A stretch of 34,607 nucleotides of DNA, from the NCBI RefSeq assembly GCF_004010195.1, contig NC_057720.1, positions 28,231,969 to 28,266,575 of the forward strand, read 5' to 3'. The stretch is from Chiloscyllium plagiosum (taxonomy: Eukaryota). This document shows positions 12,949-22,859 of this stretch, piece after piece. The position numbers were made by a program, and so were the translations under genes. The stretch's first letter is position 1, and each line of letters starts with the position of its first letter. Under the pieces are notes generated by a model. It made no database searches. It saw nothing but the letters and a program-made list of their open reading frames with translations, and was not told the DNA's origin.

Positions 12949-13426
12949 ATGTGACTGAGCCATCACAAACATCGTTATTGTTAAACTGTAATCTATCCAG
13001 TTACTACGCATGTATTATATACATGTTAACCATGTGTAACAAATTTAAAATTTATTTAGAGAGAAACAATTCTATCTAACATAAAACACTTATACAGTAC
13101 CTTACATCTTCAAGATGTCCAAAGTTCGTTCTTTTCAAGCTGTTAATTACTTTTGAAATATTGCACTGTTGTTTCGTTGGCAAATCCAGCAGACAGTATT
13201 GGAGTCTGGGTTTGATTTAGCTATTTGTATTAATTGTGCAATCTGTTGATGATAATTTTCATCCGTTTGTGCTGGAGCCAGCTTTCAGCATTGAGACTGG
13301 AGAGCCTAAGAAGTGCAACAACGTTAGAAATCTTAATAGCATATGACCAGTGTTGCAATAATGCAAAGAACACTTCAAAAATTATTTAATCATTGTTGCA
13401 GTCTTTTCTTTTGTTTTATATTTCAG

Positions 13427-13521
13427 ATTCTCAAAACCAGCACCAATGTTTCTCGATAACACCTACAGGCGTTGGTCGAAACTCAAAGATTTTGTTCCTC
13501 CATTTGGAATCAAAGGGCAAG
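13427..13521 (+). CDS. ST3GAL3: Internal coding exon (95 nt, phase 2 in / phase 1 out) of CMP-Neu5Ac beta-galactoside alpha-2,3-sialyltransferase 3
   Basis: Pyrimidine tract and acceptor tcttttcttttgttttatatttcag| at 13402-13426, donor CAAG|gtactt at 13522. Translation (R)FSKPAPMFLDNTYRRWSKLKDFVPPFGIKGQ(D) matches the vertebrate ST3GAL3 segment FSKPAPMFLDDSFRKWARIREFVPPFGIKGQD upstream of sialylmotif L, as I recall it. Not in the ORF track. Confidence 0.95.
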
Positions 13522-14202
13522 GTACTTTTACAGAAAATGGTTTGAAATCTCAAATTTAAATTATGTAACATAAGAAACTTGTGTAAAGGAGTTTGATCTA
13601 ATTAATTATTCTGCTGTTTCATCCTCCATCAACATTCTTTTCAAAGTGACATTCTTGTGCAGATTTTCTTGTTAGACAATGAGCTAAGGTTATTTTAATT
13701 AGATTTCTCTCTCTCTCCATACTTTGTCCTTGTTGCCTGAGGCTTGCTAATCATGGCTCATATGGGGCAAAGTGACAGGCCAGAGAGCTATTTTGCCATT
13801 CACTCTCATGGAGTTATTCTGCACCATACTCGAGGCATTTAGCTGAATGAACTAACTGACCCCTTAATTTGGACTTGCCTTGCCTAAAATCATTCAAGAT
13901 GAAAACAGAAGTCTTCTTTGTTTACAACTATTAATATTGGGTTTTCATTGTTAAAACCACAATGTGAAAATAGAGGCTAGGAAATCTGGTCACCTGTAGC
14001 TCCATTTAAAATGGGGTGCTTAGTATTGCTACTCGGAATGAGTTATCTGTACAGCCAATAATTACTTTTCACCAGTGGCTTCCAAGGAAGCTCTTACCTA
14101 AGGTGAGTTTAAATGGCAACTCTTGTAAGATAAAATTATGTAAATGACTTTAAAGGTTGCTTCCAGCGGTAGTTTTGGTGCTGAGGATATACAGCATGAT
14201 GA

Positions 14203-14532
14203 ACGTAGAACATAGAAAAATACAGCGCAGTACAGGCCCTTTGGCCCTCGATGTTGCGCCGATCCAAGCCCACCTAACCTACACTAGCCCACTATCCTCC
14301 ATATGCCTATCCAATGCCCGTTTAAATGCCCATAAAGAGGGAGAGTCCACCACTGCTACTGGCAGGGCATTCCATGAACTCACGACTCGCTGAGTAAAGA
14401 ATCTACCCCTAACATCTGTCCTATACCTACCACCCCTTAATTTAAAGCTATGCCCCCTCGTAATAGCTGACTCCATACATGGAAAAAGGTTCTCGTGGTC
14501 AACCCTATCTAAACCCCTAATCATCTTGTAAA
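14203..14532 (-). mobile_element. Short 3' end of a CR1 LINE with a 7-bp target-site duplication
   Basis: ORF 14279-14581 YKMIRGLDRVDHENLFP..TRGHSFKL..FFTQRVVSSWNALP. Tail appears as acgtagaacatagaa. TSD atgatga at 14196-14202 and 14533-14539. Confidence 0.92.
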
Positions 14533-15346
14533 ATGATGAGGTGAGAAGCATATCACTTTTTTCACTGGCTGAGCAGTTCATACTGTAATGAATTATAATT
14601 AGATGTGTCGATATTTTTAAGCAACCTGTTCAGATAGCTCCGACACTTCTGAAGTAGGAGAAACCTGAACCTGGGACCCTCCTAATTCAGAGATATGAAC
14701 CCTACCATGCATTATAAGAGCCCTTATAATTAGATTTGTAATCTGTGTTAAATACAGTTACGAGTTTCAAAGATGTTTCATGCTTAACATTGCTTGAAGA
14801 ACTTAAGTTTTGTGTAATTGTGGAAAAGGAATTTATTTCATGTTCTATGGACATACATGAGGTGGTACGAGTGAAAGAGATTATTGAAAATTCACTGTGG
14901 GTGTTGATTTTTTTCAAGCTTTTTTAAGGCTTCCCATAAATCTTATGACTGATTATACTTGCTTTGCTGTGGACCTTGCTGAGACCTGTTTTGAACAGTG
15001 ACTGGTTTGGATCGGTGTTTATCTTAATTGGTTCAGTTGGAAGGAAGCCTGCTAAAAACCTGCTGAGTTGGAGGGATATCTTCGAAGAAAAAACTGAGTT
15101 GGAGGAAAGCTTGCTATGAACAGCCCAGTTGATCTTTCCCATTTCTAAAAAAGAAAATCCTCTCTATCAGCTCAGGGTGGAACCTATTTGTTCTTTTGAA
15201 AGAATGATTATGAGAACATCTGAAGATTATATTTCCTGAGCAAGCTGTGTCTGTAAGATTTGAAAAACAACCATGTATCTTTAGGAACTTGACTTCAAGT
15301 GCTAGAACTTCAGAACAACAGACTTTATCCTTTTGTCTTCAATAAT

Positions 15347-15543
15347 CCATTGTCGATTGTTGGAAAAACCCATCTGGTCCACTGATGTCCTTGAGGGAAG
15401 GAAACTGCCATCTTTACCTGGCCTGGCCTTCATGTGATTCTAGACCGACAGCAATATGGTTGACTCTTAACTGCCGTCTGGGCAATTAGGGATGGGTAAT
15501 AAATGCTGGCTTGACCAGCAATGCCCACATCCTGTGAATGAAT
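15347..15543 (+). mobile_element. 3' half of an unnamed tRNA-head SINE (called family Y here)
   Basis: ggaaaaacccatctggtccactgatgtccttgagggaaggaaactgcc...gactcttaactgccgtctg|ggcaattagggatgggtaataaatgctggc..gaatgaat. Homologous to 19805-20141, 30516-30740 and 33068-33425. Confidence 0.85.
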
Positions 15544-16148
15544 ATGGACCAATGGTATGCCACAAGGATTGTGCTGGGTCCATGGTTTTCATCATTTATG
15601 TAAATGATTTGGATGTGAACATTGATTTATTGTCTCGTGTACAGAAGTACAGTAAAAAGCTTTGTTTACAAGCAGTACAAGCATATCAGACTAAGCCAGG
15701 ACATAAAGATCAGATGTTGTAAAAAGACTCGGAACAGAGGCATACAGATGACATTGCACAGGGCGTGCGCTAGACAAGATCAGAGTTAACAAGATCATTG
15801 TTATTTGAGGCTAGAGAGTCCATTCATTAGTCATGTAATAACAGCCAGGAAGAAGCTGTTCCTGAACCTGCTGGTGTGTGTGTTCAGGCTTCTGTATCTT
15901 CTGCCTGACAGAGGAGGTTGTAGGAGATCATTACTGGAGTGCAGTGGGTCTTTGATGTTGTTGGCAGCCCTTCCGTAGCAATGAGCCATGTAAATGGAGT
16001 CCATGGATAGAAGATTGGCTTCCCTGATGTGCATGCAACCTCCTGTAGTTTCGTACAGTCCTGGGTAGAGCAGTTGCCAAACCAGTCTGTTAAGTATGCT
16101 TGCAATTGTGCATCTGTAGACGTTGGTGAGGGTCCTTATGGGCATAAA

Positions 16149-16238
16149 TGGAAATGTGTTGCTGGAAAAGCGCAGCAGGTCAGGCAGCATCCAGGGAACA
16201 GGAGAATCGACGTTTCGGGCATAAGCCCTTCTTCAGGA
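16149..16238 (-). mobile_element. 90-bp Penelope-like terminal fragment, young family
   Basis: Identical to 34378-34467 except for one base (gggaacagg vs gggagcagg). Confidence 0.85.
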
Positions 16239-16240
16239 CT
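16205..16240 (-). ncRNA. Minimal type I hammerhead ribozyme motif
   Basis: Minus strand AGUC-CUGAAGA-A-GGGC-UUAU-GCCC-GAAA-CGUC-GAUU: intact core, 4-bp stem II, palindromic ACGU stem III, GUC cleavage triplet, 4-bp stem I (AGUC/GAUU). Confidence 0.75.
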
Positions 16241-16405
16241 GCAATCTTCACTGATTGCAGTCTGTTGGTCAGAAAGCTGAGAATCCAGTTGCAGACGGCA
16301 GAGCCAAGACCTAGGTCTCAGAGTTTTGAGATCAGACTGGAGAGAATAATGGTGTTGAAGGTGACAATGTATTCGATGAGCAGGAGTATGATGTACGTGT
16401 CGTTG

Positions 16406-16567
16406 AAAAGCACAGCAGTTCTGGCAGCATCCAAGGAACAGTAAAATCGACATTTCGGGCAAAAGCCCTTCACGATTTTACTGCTCCTCGGTTGCTGCCT
16501 GATCTGCTGTGCTTTTCCAGCACCACTGGAATCTGGTTTCCAGCATCTGCAGTCATTGTTTTTACCC
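16406..16567. mobile_element. Palindromic Penelope-derived mini-element with a degenerate 14-bp TSD
   Basis: Inverted arms of about 45 bp (16405-16449 and 16473-16517) around catttcgggcaaaagcccttca. Flanks are tgtacgtgtcgttg (16392-16405) and tgtaggtgtccttg (16568-16581). Confidence 0.75.
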
Positions 16568-17463
16568 TGTAGGTGTCCTTGTCTAGATGTTTCAGGAATG
16601 AGTGCAGGGCTAGCGATATAGCATCTGCTATGGACCTATTAGGTTGGGAGGCAAATTGTCGGGGGATTGAGGCAGGATGGGAGACTGGAGTTGATGAAGG
16701 CCATGACCAGCTTCTTGAAGCACTTCATGATCATTGAGGTCAGAGCCACTGGGTGGTAGTCATTAAGGCATACTGCATGTGCTTTCTGAGGGATCGGGAT
16801 GATGGTGGTCTTCTTGAAGCAGGTGGGGACTTCGGCTTGTCGGAGGGAGAGGTTGAAGATGTCGTTGAACACCTCCACCAGTTGGTCTGCACAGGATCTA
16901 AGTGCTTCACTGGGGACACCGTCCAGGACCAACACTTTTTTTGGATTGACTCCCTGGAAGACTAATCTGACACCTGCAGTGGTAACCGAGGACACAGGTG
17001 TGTCCGGGGCTGTTGGGGCAGTCATCACTGCGCTGTTAGCATTCTGTTAAGGCTAAGCATAGAAAGCATGGAGATATGGTGAGTATGTTTGCAGATGACA
17101 CCAAAATTCGTCATGCAGCAGTCATAGAAAGGAGGTTACCTCTGAGTTCAACAGAATCTTGATCAAACGGGCCAATGGGCCGAGAAGTGCTAGGTGGAGT
17201 TTAATTTAGATAAATGTGAGATGCTGCACTCTGGAAACGCAAATCAGGGCAGCACTTATTCACTTAATGGTAGGTTCTGGGGACTGTTGCTGAACAAAGA
17301 GACCTTGGAGTGCAGGTTCATAGCTCCTTGAAAGTGGAGTTACAGGTAGATAGGATTAGTAAATAGGCATTTGGTATGTTGGCTTTATTGGTCAGTGCAT
17401 TGAGTATAGGAGTTGGGAGGTCATGTTGTGGCTGTACAGGACATTGGTTAGGCTATTTTTGGA

Positions 17464-18435
17464 ATAGAGTCATAGAGCTGTACAGCATGGAAACAGACCC
17501 TTCAGTCCAACCCACCCATGCCAACCAGATATCCCAACCCAATCTAGTCCCACCTGCCAGCATCCGGCCCATATCCCTCCAAACCCTTCCTATTCATATA
17601 TCCATCCAAATGCCTTTTAAATGTTGCAATTGCACCAGCCTCCACCACTTCCTCTGGCAGCTCATTCCATACACGTACCACCCTCTGCGTGAAAACGTTG
17701 CCCCTTAGGTCTCTTTTATATCTTTCCCCTTTCACCCTAAACCTATGCCCTCTAATTCTGGACTCCCCCACCCCAGGGAAAAGACTTTGTCTATTTATCC
17801 TATCCATGCCCCTCATGATTTTGTAAACCTCTATAAGGTCACCCCTCAACCTCCGACGCTTCAGGGAAAACAGCCCTAGCCTATTCAGCCTCTCCCTTTA
17901 ACACAAATCCTCCAACCCTGCCAACATCCTTGTAAATCTTTTCTGAACCCTTTCAAGTTTCAAAACATCTTTCTGATAGGAAGAAGACCAGAATTGCACA
18001 CGATATTCCAACAGCGGCCTAACCAATGTCCTGTACAGCCACAACATGACCTCATCTCCTGTACTCAGTACTCTGACCAATAAAAGAAAGCATACGAAAC
18101 GCCTTCTACACTATCCTATCTACCTGCGACTCCACTTTCAAGGAGCTATGAACCTGCCCTCCAAGGTCTCTTTGTTCAGCAACACTCCCTAGGACCTTAC
18201 CATTAAGTGTATAAGTTCTGCTAAGATTTGCTTTCCCAAAATGCAGCACCTCACATTTATCTGAATTAAACTCCATCTGCCACTTCTCAGCCCATTGGCC
18301 CATCTGGTCAAGATCCTCTTGTAATCTGAGCTAACCTTTTTCCCTGTCCACTTCACCTCCAATTTTGGTGTCATCTGCAAATTTACTAACTGTATCTGTT
18401 ATTCTCACATCCAAATTAATAATGTAAATGACAAA
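17464..18435 (-). mobile_element. 5'-truncated HER1-type CR1, inserted antisense into another HER1 copy
   Basis: Minus ORFs contain VSKFADDTKIGG, WAEKWQMEFNSDKCEVLHFG and RGDLIEVYKIMRG..WNELPEEVV. Tail atagagtcatagag at 17464. Highly similar to 6058-7030. Confidence 0.95.
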
Positions 18436-19029
18436 TGGTCTCCCTACTGTAGGAAAGATGTTGTGAAACTTGAAAGGGTTCAGAACAGATTTACAAGGAT
18501 ATTGCCAAGGATGAAGGGTGTGAGCTATAGGGAGAGGCTGAACAGGCTGGGGCTGTTTTCGCTGGAGCATCGAAGATGAGGGGTGACCTCATAGAGGTTT
18601 ATAAAATCATGAGGTGCATGGATAGGGAAGTCTTTTCCCTGGGATGGGGGAGTCCAGAACTGGAGGGCATAGTTTAGAGTGAGAGGGGAAAGATGTAAAA
18701 GGGACCTAAGGGGCAACTTTTTCACACTGAGGGTGGTGTATGTATGGAATGATTCAGTTGCAACATTTAAAAGGCATCTGGATGGGTATATGAATAATGC
18801 TGGAAAATGGGGCTAGATTTATGTAGGATATCTGGTCGGCGTGGACGAGTTGGATCAAAGATTCTGTATCTGTGCTGTATGTCTCTAGGACTCCATGATT
18901 CTCAATTAATTATTGGTTGAAGAAAGCCATTTCAGAAATCCAATCTTAGAACACTTTTTACTCCCTTTTGTTTCTCTCCCTATACAAGGGTTTGTTTGCA
19001 TCTGTATTTTGAGCTCTGAAATCGAGTGG

Positions 19030-19244
19030 GCCAAATCAGGTAAGGACGAAAGATTTCCAATCCTGAAGGACATTAGTGAACCAGGCTGGTATTTATACCA
19101 ATTAACAGTGGTTACTGGCTGGTTTTTGCATTCCAGATCCTTTTTAGTGAATTCATATTTCATCTTGTACCATGGTGGAATTTGAACTATGACTTCAGAA
19201 TGTTAGCCTGGTGCTCTAGATTACTAGTCCAATGTATTACCATA
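19030..19244 (-). mobile_element. Family-Y SINE, diverged partial copy
   Basis: caggtaaggacgaaagatttccaatcctgaaggacattagtgaaccagg is the reverse complement of the family core. The head lies toward 19244. Confidence 0.7.
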
Positions 19245-19247
19245 GCG

Positions 19248-19420
19248 GTCCAAAGATGTGCAGGTTAGGTGTATTGGTCATGCTAAATTGCCCATTGAGT
19301 TAGATGCATTAGTCAGGGGAATGGGTCTGGATGGGTTACTCTTCAGAGGGTCGGCGTGGACTAGTTACACCGAAGGGCCTGTTTCCACACTCTAGGGAAT
19401 CTAATCTATTCTAATCTAAT
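19248..19420 (+). mobile_element. 3' half of an HE1-type V-SINE
   Basis: gtccaaagatgtgcaggttaggtgtattggtcatgctaaattgccc...gaagggcctgtttccacactctaggg followed by an (aatct)n tail. Confidence 0.88.
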
Positions 19421-19804
19421 TTAAAACTACCTCTGCTTGCTTATAATTTCAACTGTCAATGCATATAAAGGTAGCATGAGGTGTGATGTGTCCACTTAAC
19501 GGACAGAAGAATAAGTGTAACGAGTCATGCTGATCTCATTTACCTTTTCAATTTACTATTCTTCTTTTCCATTCTTTACAATGATGAATGCACAGCTCTT
19601 GTTGCATTGATTTATTTCCCACTGCTTTCCAACTACAGATTGCTGTTATCATTCTTCCTCAGTAAAAGTTAAAATAAAGTTTCCAGTTTCTGCATTTACA
19701 ATTGAGAATAATTTGCAGTATTTAATAATGTTTGTAAGGGTATTTGTTCCATTGATGTTATCTTTGTGTTGAAAACAGTTTGGGAGCTCTACCTTGTGTT
19801 TTTT

Positions 19805-20141
19805 TCATAAGACGTGGATGTTACTTACTGGTCAAGCATTTAATCCCAGATTGCCCAGAGGACAGTCAAGAGTTGCCCACATTACTGTGGATCTGCAGTC
19901 AAATGTAGGCCATTTGGTAAGGATGACAGTTTCCTTCCCTGAAGGACATTAGTGAACCAAATGGATTTTTCCAACAATTGCCATGGTGTTATGGTCATCA
20001 CCAGACTCTTAATTCCAGATTTTTATTGAATTCAAATTCAAATCTGTCTTCCATGGCAGGATTTGATCCCAGGACCCCAGAACTTTACTTGTGTCTATAA
20101 GAACATATTCCAGTGATAATACCACTAAATCATTACCTCCC
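19805..20141 (-). mobile_element. Full-length family-Y SINE
   Basis: Minus strand starts gggaggtaatgatttagtggtattatc (A-box-like), has B-box-like gggatcaaatcc, the core tggttcactaatgtccttcagggaaggaaactg, and the tail ctctgggcaatctggga..aaatgcttgacc. Confidence 0.85.
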
Positions 20142-20149
20142 CATTGTTG

Positions 20150-21000
20150 AGAGGGGAAAACTGGATTTCGGTGTCCTGTCCTCTCTCTGTGGCAGAAATG
20201 TGTCAGAGTTTACCATTCTCACTTCTCACACTGTCCATGTTTTGTACCCTGGAACGTTTCATTGTGTGTGTTTAAGGGGGTTAGGTATTTCCAAGTGCCC
20301 CGTGGTCTAAATTTTAGATGATTGAGGAAGGAACACATTTGGAGTCTTCCGTTTTATTTTTGAAGTAGGAGGAGTTTGGGAGATCCTGCAGTATTTGTGT
20401 TTTGGAGGAGGTGGTGGTTGGGAGTGTTCCTGTCATTCTACACGTGGCGAGAAGGGATCCGCGCATTCATTTCTTTTTGTGTTAGTTAGGGACGGGGAAA
20501 AAAGGTCATCATAATATTCTATTTTCTCTGCATTAGGGAAAATTATGTGTTTGCAGAATTCCGTTCAATGTAGCAAAAGTCAATAGGTAAGCCCAGAGTG
20601 TACATTTCTTTCTCTGTGTTAGGGATGGGTCAGAATGTCCCATTTTCTGTGTGCATGTTGTTTGGGGAATGAATGTGTTTTGGCCTATTCCAATTTCTCT
20701 ATATTCAGGGGCCCTAGAGTATTCCATTTGCTTAACTTTAGGGTATGGAGATTCATAGTCTTCCATTTATCTATGCAAAAGTAGATTAGGGAAATTCCTG
20801 TTTATGTAGGATTTGGGAGTATTGCGTTCCCTCAACATAGGTGAGAGGAATCGTAAGCTTTCCTTCTCTCAATATTGAGGGGGATGCAGTGGGCCTGGGA
20901 GTAAGTGGGGATGGAAAAGGGTAAGATATTCTACCCTTGCTTCCATCTGCCAAGAATTCCATCGATGTCCTGTTTCAACATGGACAAAGGGGAAGAAAGG
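20150..21000 (-). mobile_element. Possible very degenerate L1/Tx1-like ORF2 C-terminal region
   Basis: The minus strand is A/C-rich, with weak Cys/Trp-spaced remnants in ORF 20533-20766 (TCTQKMGHSDPSLTQRKKCTLWAY). No clean motif. Confidence 0.25.
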
Positions 21001-21004
21001 TATG

Positions 21005-21330
21005 GTCAAGTTTTCAAAACCATGAGGGGGCTGGTCAGAGTGTATCAGGAAATACTGTTCTCACTCACAAAAGAATCAAGAATGAGAGAACATAGTAAAT
21101 GTGATGTGAGAAAAAAAATCACACTAAATAGTTCAGATCTGCTTGAAAGAGTAGTGGAGGCAGATTCAGTTGAGGCATTTGTGAGTGCATTGGATGATTG
21201 TTTCTATTTAATAATGAGCAGGGTTATGGGAAAATGACAGAGGATGGCGCTAAGCCATGATGCTCTAATGCAGAACCATTGCAAACAAGATATGATGAAT
21301 CATTTTCTTCTGTGCCATAACAATTCTGTG
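21005..21330 (+). mobile_element. CR1 3' end, older subfamily
   Basis: VFKTMRGLVRVYQEILFSL..RVVEADSVEAFVSALDD. The terminus cttctgtgccataacaattctgtga mirrors 22860-22885. Confidence 0.75.
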
Positions 21331-21609
21331 AACATATTTAGACAGCGAAAGGCATTCTACAAGGTAGGAGGATATACAGGAGTCTAAAGTTAGAGGGCTG
21401 AGAAACATGACAGAGAAAGAAAGGGACATGTTCATGAGGCTGTTTGAACGCAAATTTGTAAATCCTAAGTGGAAGGATTTATGAAATGAATTCAGTGTAC
21501 GTCACTTAGCAGAAGACCGCTAAGTGTACAAATCAGAAAATAGGTAATAAAGCATTGGACAAACTGGAGTTTTTGGAGGGTTCAGGATAGAAGTACAGCT
21601 TGGAAAACA

Positions 21610-22340
21610 TGAAAATAAGAAATATTATGTCCGGCCTAGCCCCATCTTCTAGCTGTTTTTTGTAGTCCTTTAAGTTACATCATCTCAACTGCATATGGAA
21701 GTGTTTGTTAAATGCAAGAAGTGTTTCTGCTTCTACTTCTGTTTCAACTGGCCTTTCAAGCAAAGAGTTCAAACTCCCACCACTCTTCAGTGAAAATAAT
21801 GCTTTCACCTCCACTCTGCTCCTCTGAACAGTTACTTGAAATCTGTGGACCCTAATAATGGAAATAGATTATTCCTATTTGCTCCATCGAGACCCTTCAT
21901 AATTTTGTATGCCTCAGTTAGTTAAAAGTTCTCTGGTCTTGGCACCATCCTAATAAATCTCTGACCCTTTTCTAACACAGTCACATGTAACTGTAATGCA
22001 GTGACTAGAGCTTATATGCAATTTGCTTGCTGTGGTTCAACATGTTTAATCGTGTTCTATCATAATCTCCCTGCTCTTAGTGAATAGGTCTAGTTAATAA
22101 AGGAAAATGTTCCCATGTGTTTTTCACTATCTAATCTTCCTGAACTGTCGCCTTAAGTAGTTTGGAGATATGATCAGTTTTGCTATAGTTCTTAGAAACC
22201 TCCCATTTATTATGTATTCTATTCCCTCACGGGTCCTTCCCAATTGTATTGTCAGATACTTTTCTATTACTTTACTGCCTACCTGACCAGTCCACTGGAA
22301 TTATCTTGCAGTCTACAGCTTTATTCTTCACTACCACAAA
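21610..22340 (-). mobile_element. Highly diverged CR1 3' portion
   Basis: Reverse-strand landmarks ctcccaccactcttcagtgaaaa, gacccttcataattttgtatgcctca and gcagtgactagagcttatatgcaat (WN.LP / YKIM.G / YC.QFWSP region), all degenerate. Confidence 0.65.
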
Positions 22341-22859
22341 GGGGAGGTGATGGCTGTGTGGCATTTTTGCTGGAATTGTAATCCAGACATCAGGTAATGT
22401 TTAGGAAACCTGTGGGGAATCTTGGTAGAATTTGAAGTCAATAAAAGATCTGAAACTAAAAGTCGAATGATTGTTAATTGTTGATATTGGAAAAACCCAT
22501 CTGGTTCATTAATGCCCTTTACTGAAGGAAATTGCTATCCTTATCTGGTCTGATATCTAATTGTGACTCTGAAATGCCCTCTGAAATGGCGCAGCAAATC
22601 GTTCAGTTGCATCAACTACTAGAAAGGATAAAAAGTAAATTGAAATGAAACTGACCACTTGGCATCGAATAAGGCACTGAAAATGACAGTGATGAACTAC
22701 CCTGTTGACTCTGTCCTCCTCACTAATCTCTGGGGACTAATGCCAAAATTGGGAGAGTTTATTCACAAACTATTCAAGCAACAACCTGAAACACACCATA
22801 CCTGCAATAGACTTTACAGAATCAAATCTTACATTCCTCTTAGACAACACCATCAACAT

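Larger units (their letters stand above)
15623..17069 (-). mobile_element. Rex1/Babar-clade LINE, 5'-truncated and internally deleted, carrying two Penelope-derived inserts
   Basis: ORF 16639-17028 LRSCADQLVEVFNDIFNLSLRQAEVPTCFKKTTIIPIP..CLNDYHPVALTSMIMKCFKKLV and C-terminal TLTNVYRCTIASIL..SGRRYRSL..SRFRNSFF. The trinucleotide cat flanks both ends (15620-15622, 17067-17069). Confidence 0.9.
15545..18902 (+). mobile_element. One HER1-type CR1 copy split into three pieces (15545-15622, 17070-17466, 18436-18902) by later insertions
   Basis: The pieces read contiguously: PQG.VLGP.VFIIYVNDLDVNI | GDMVSMFADDTKI...LVRLFLE | WSPYCRKDVVKLERVQNRFTRILP, followed by the 3' UTR and tail ctctaggactccatgattct. 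Confidence 0.88.

Noticed and set aside
14730..15340. Possible LTR-like repeat (similar impression at about 29960-30500 and 32941-33050)
   Set aside because: I could not identify a paired LTR, TSD, primer-binding site or coding remnant.
15347..15543. Naming family Y as SacSINE1/DeuSINE
   Set aside because: Its core differs from the Deu domain, which is instead seen at 2490-2697. I left the family unnamed.
16148..16462. Overlapping 98-aa and 108-aa ORFs with internally repeated peptides
   Set aside because: They arise from two PLE terminal fragments inserted in Rex1 sequence. The repeated peptides reflect the repeated DNA.
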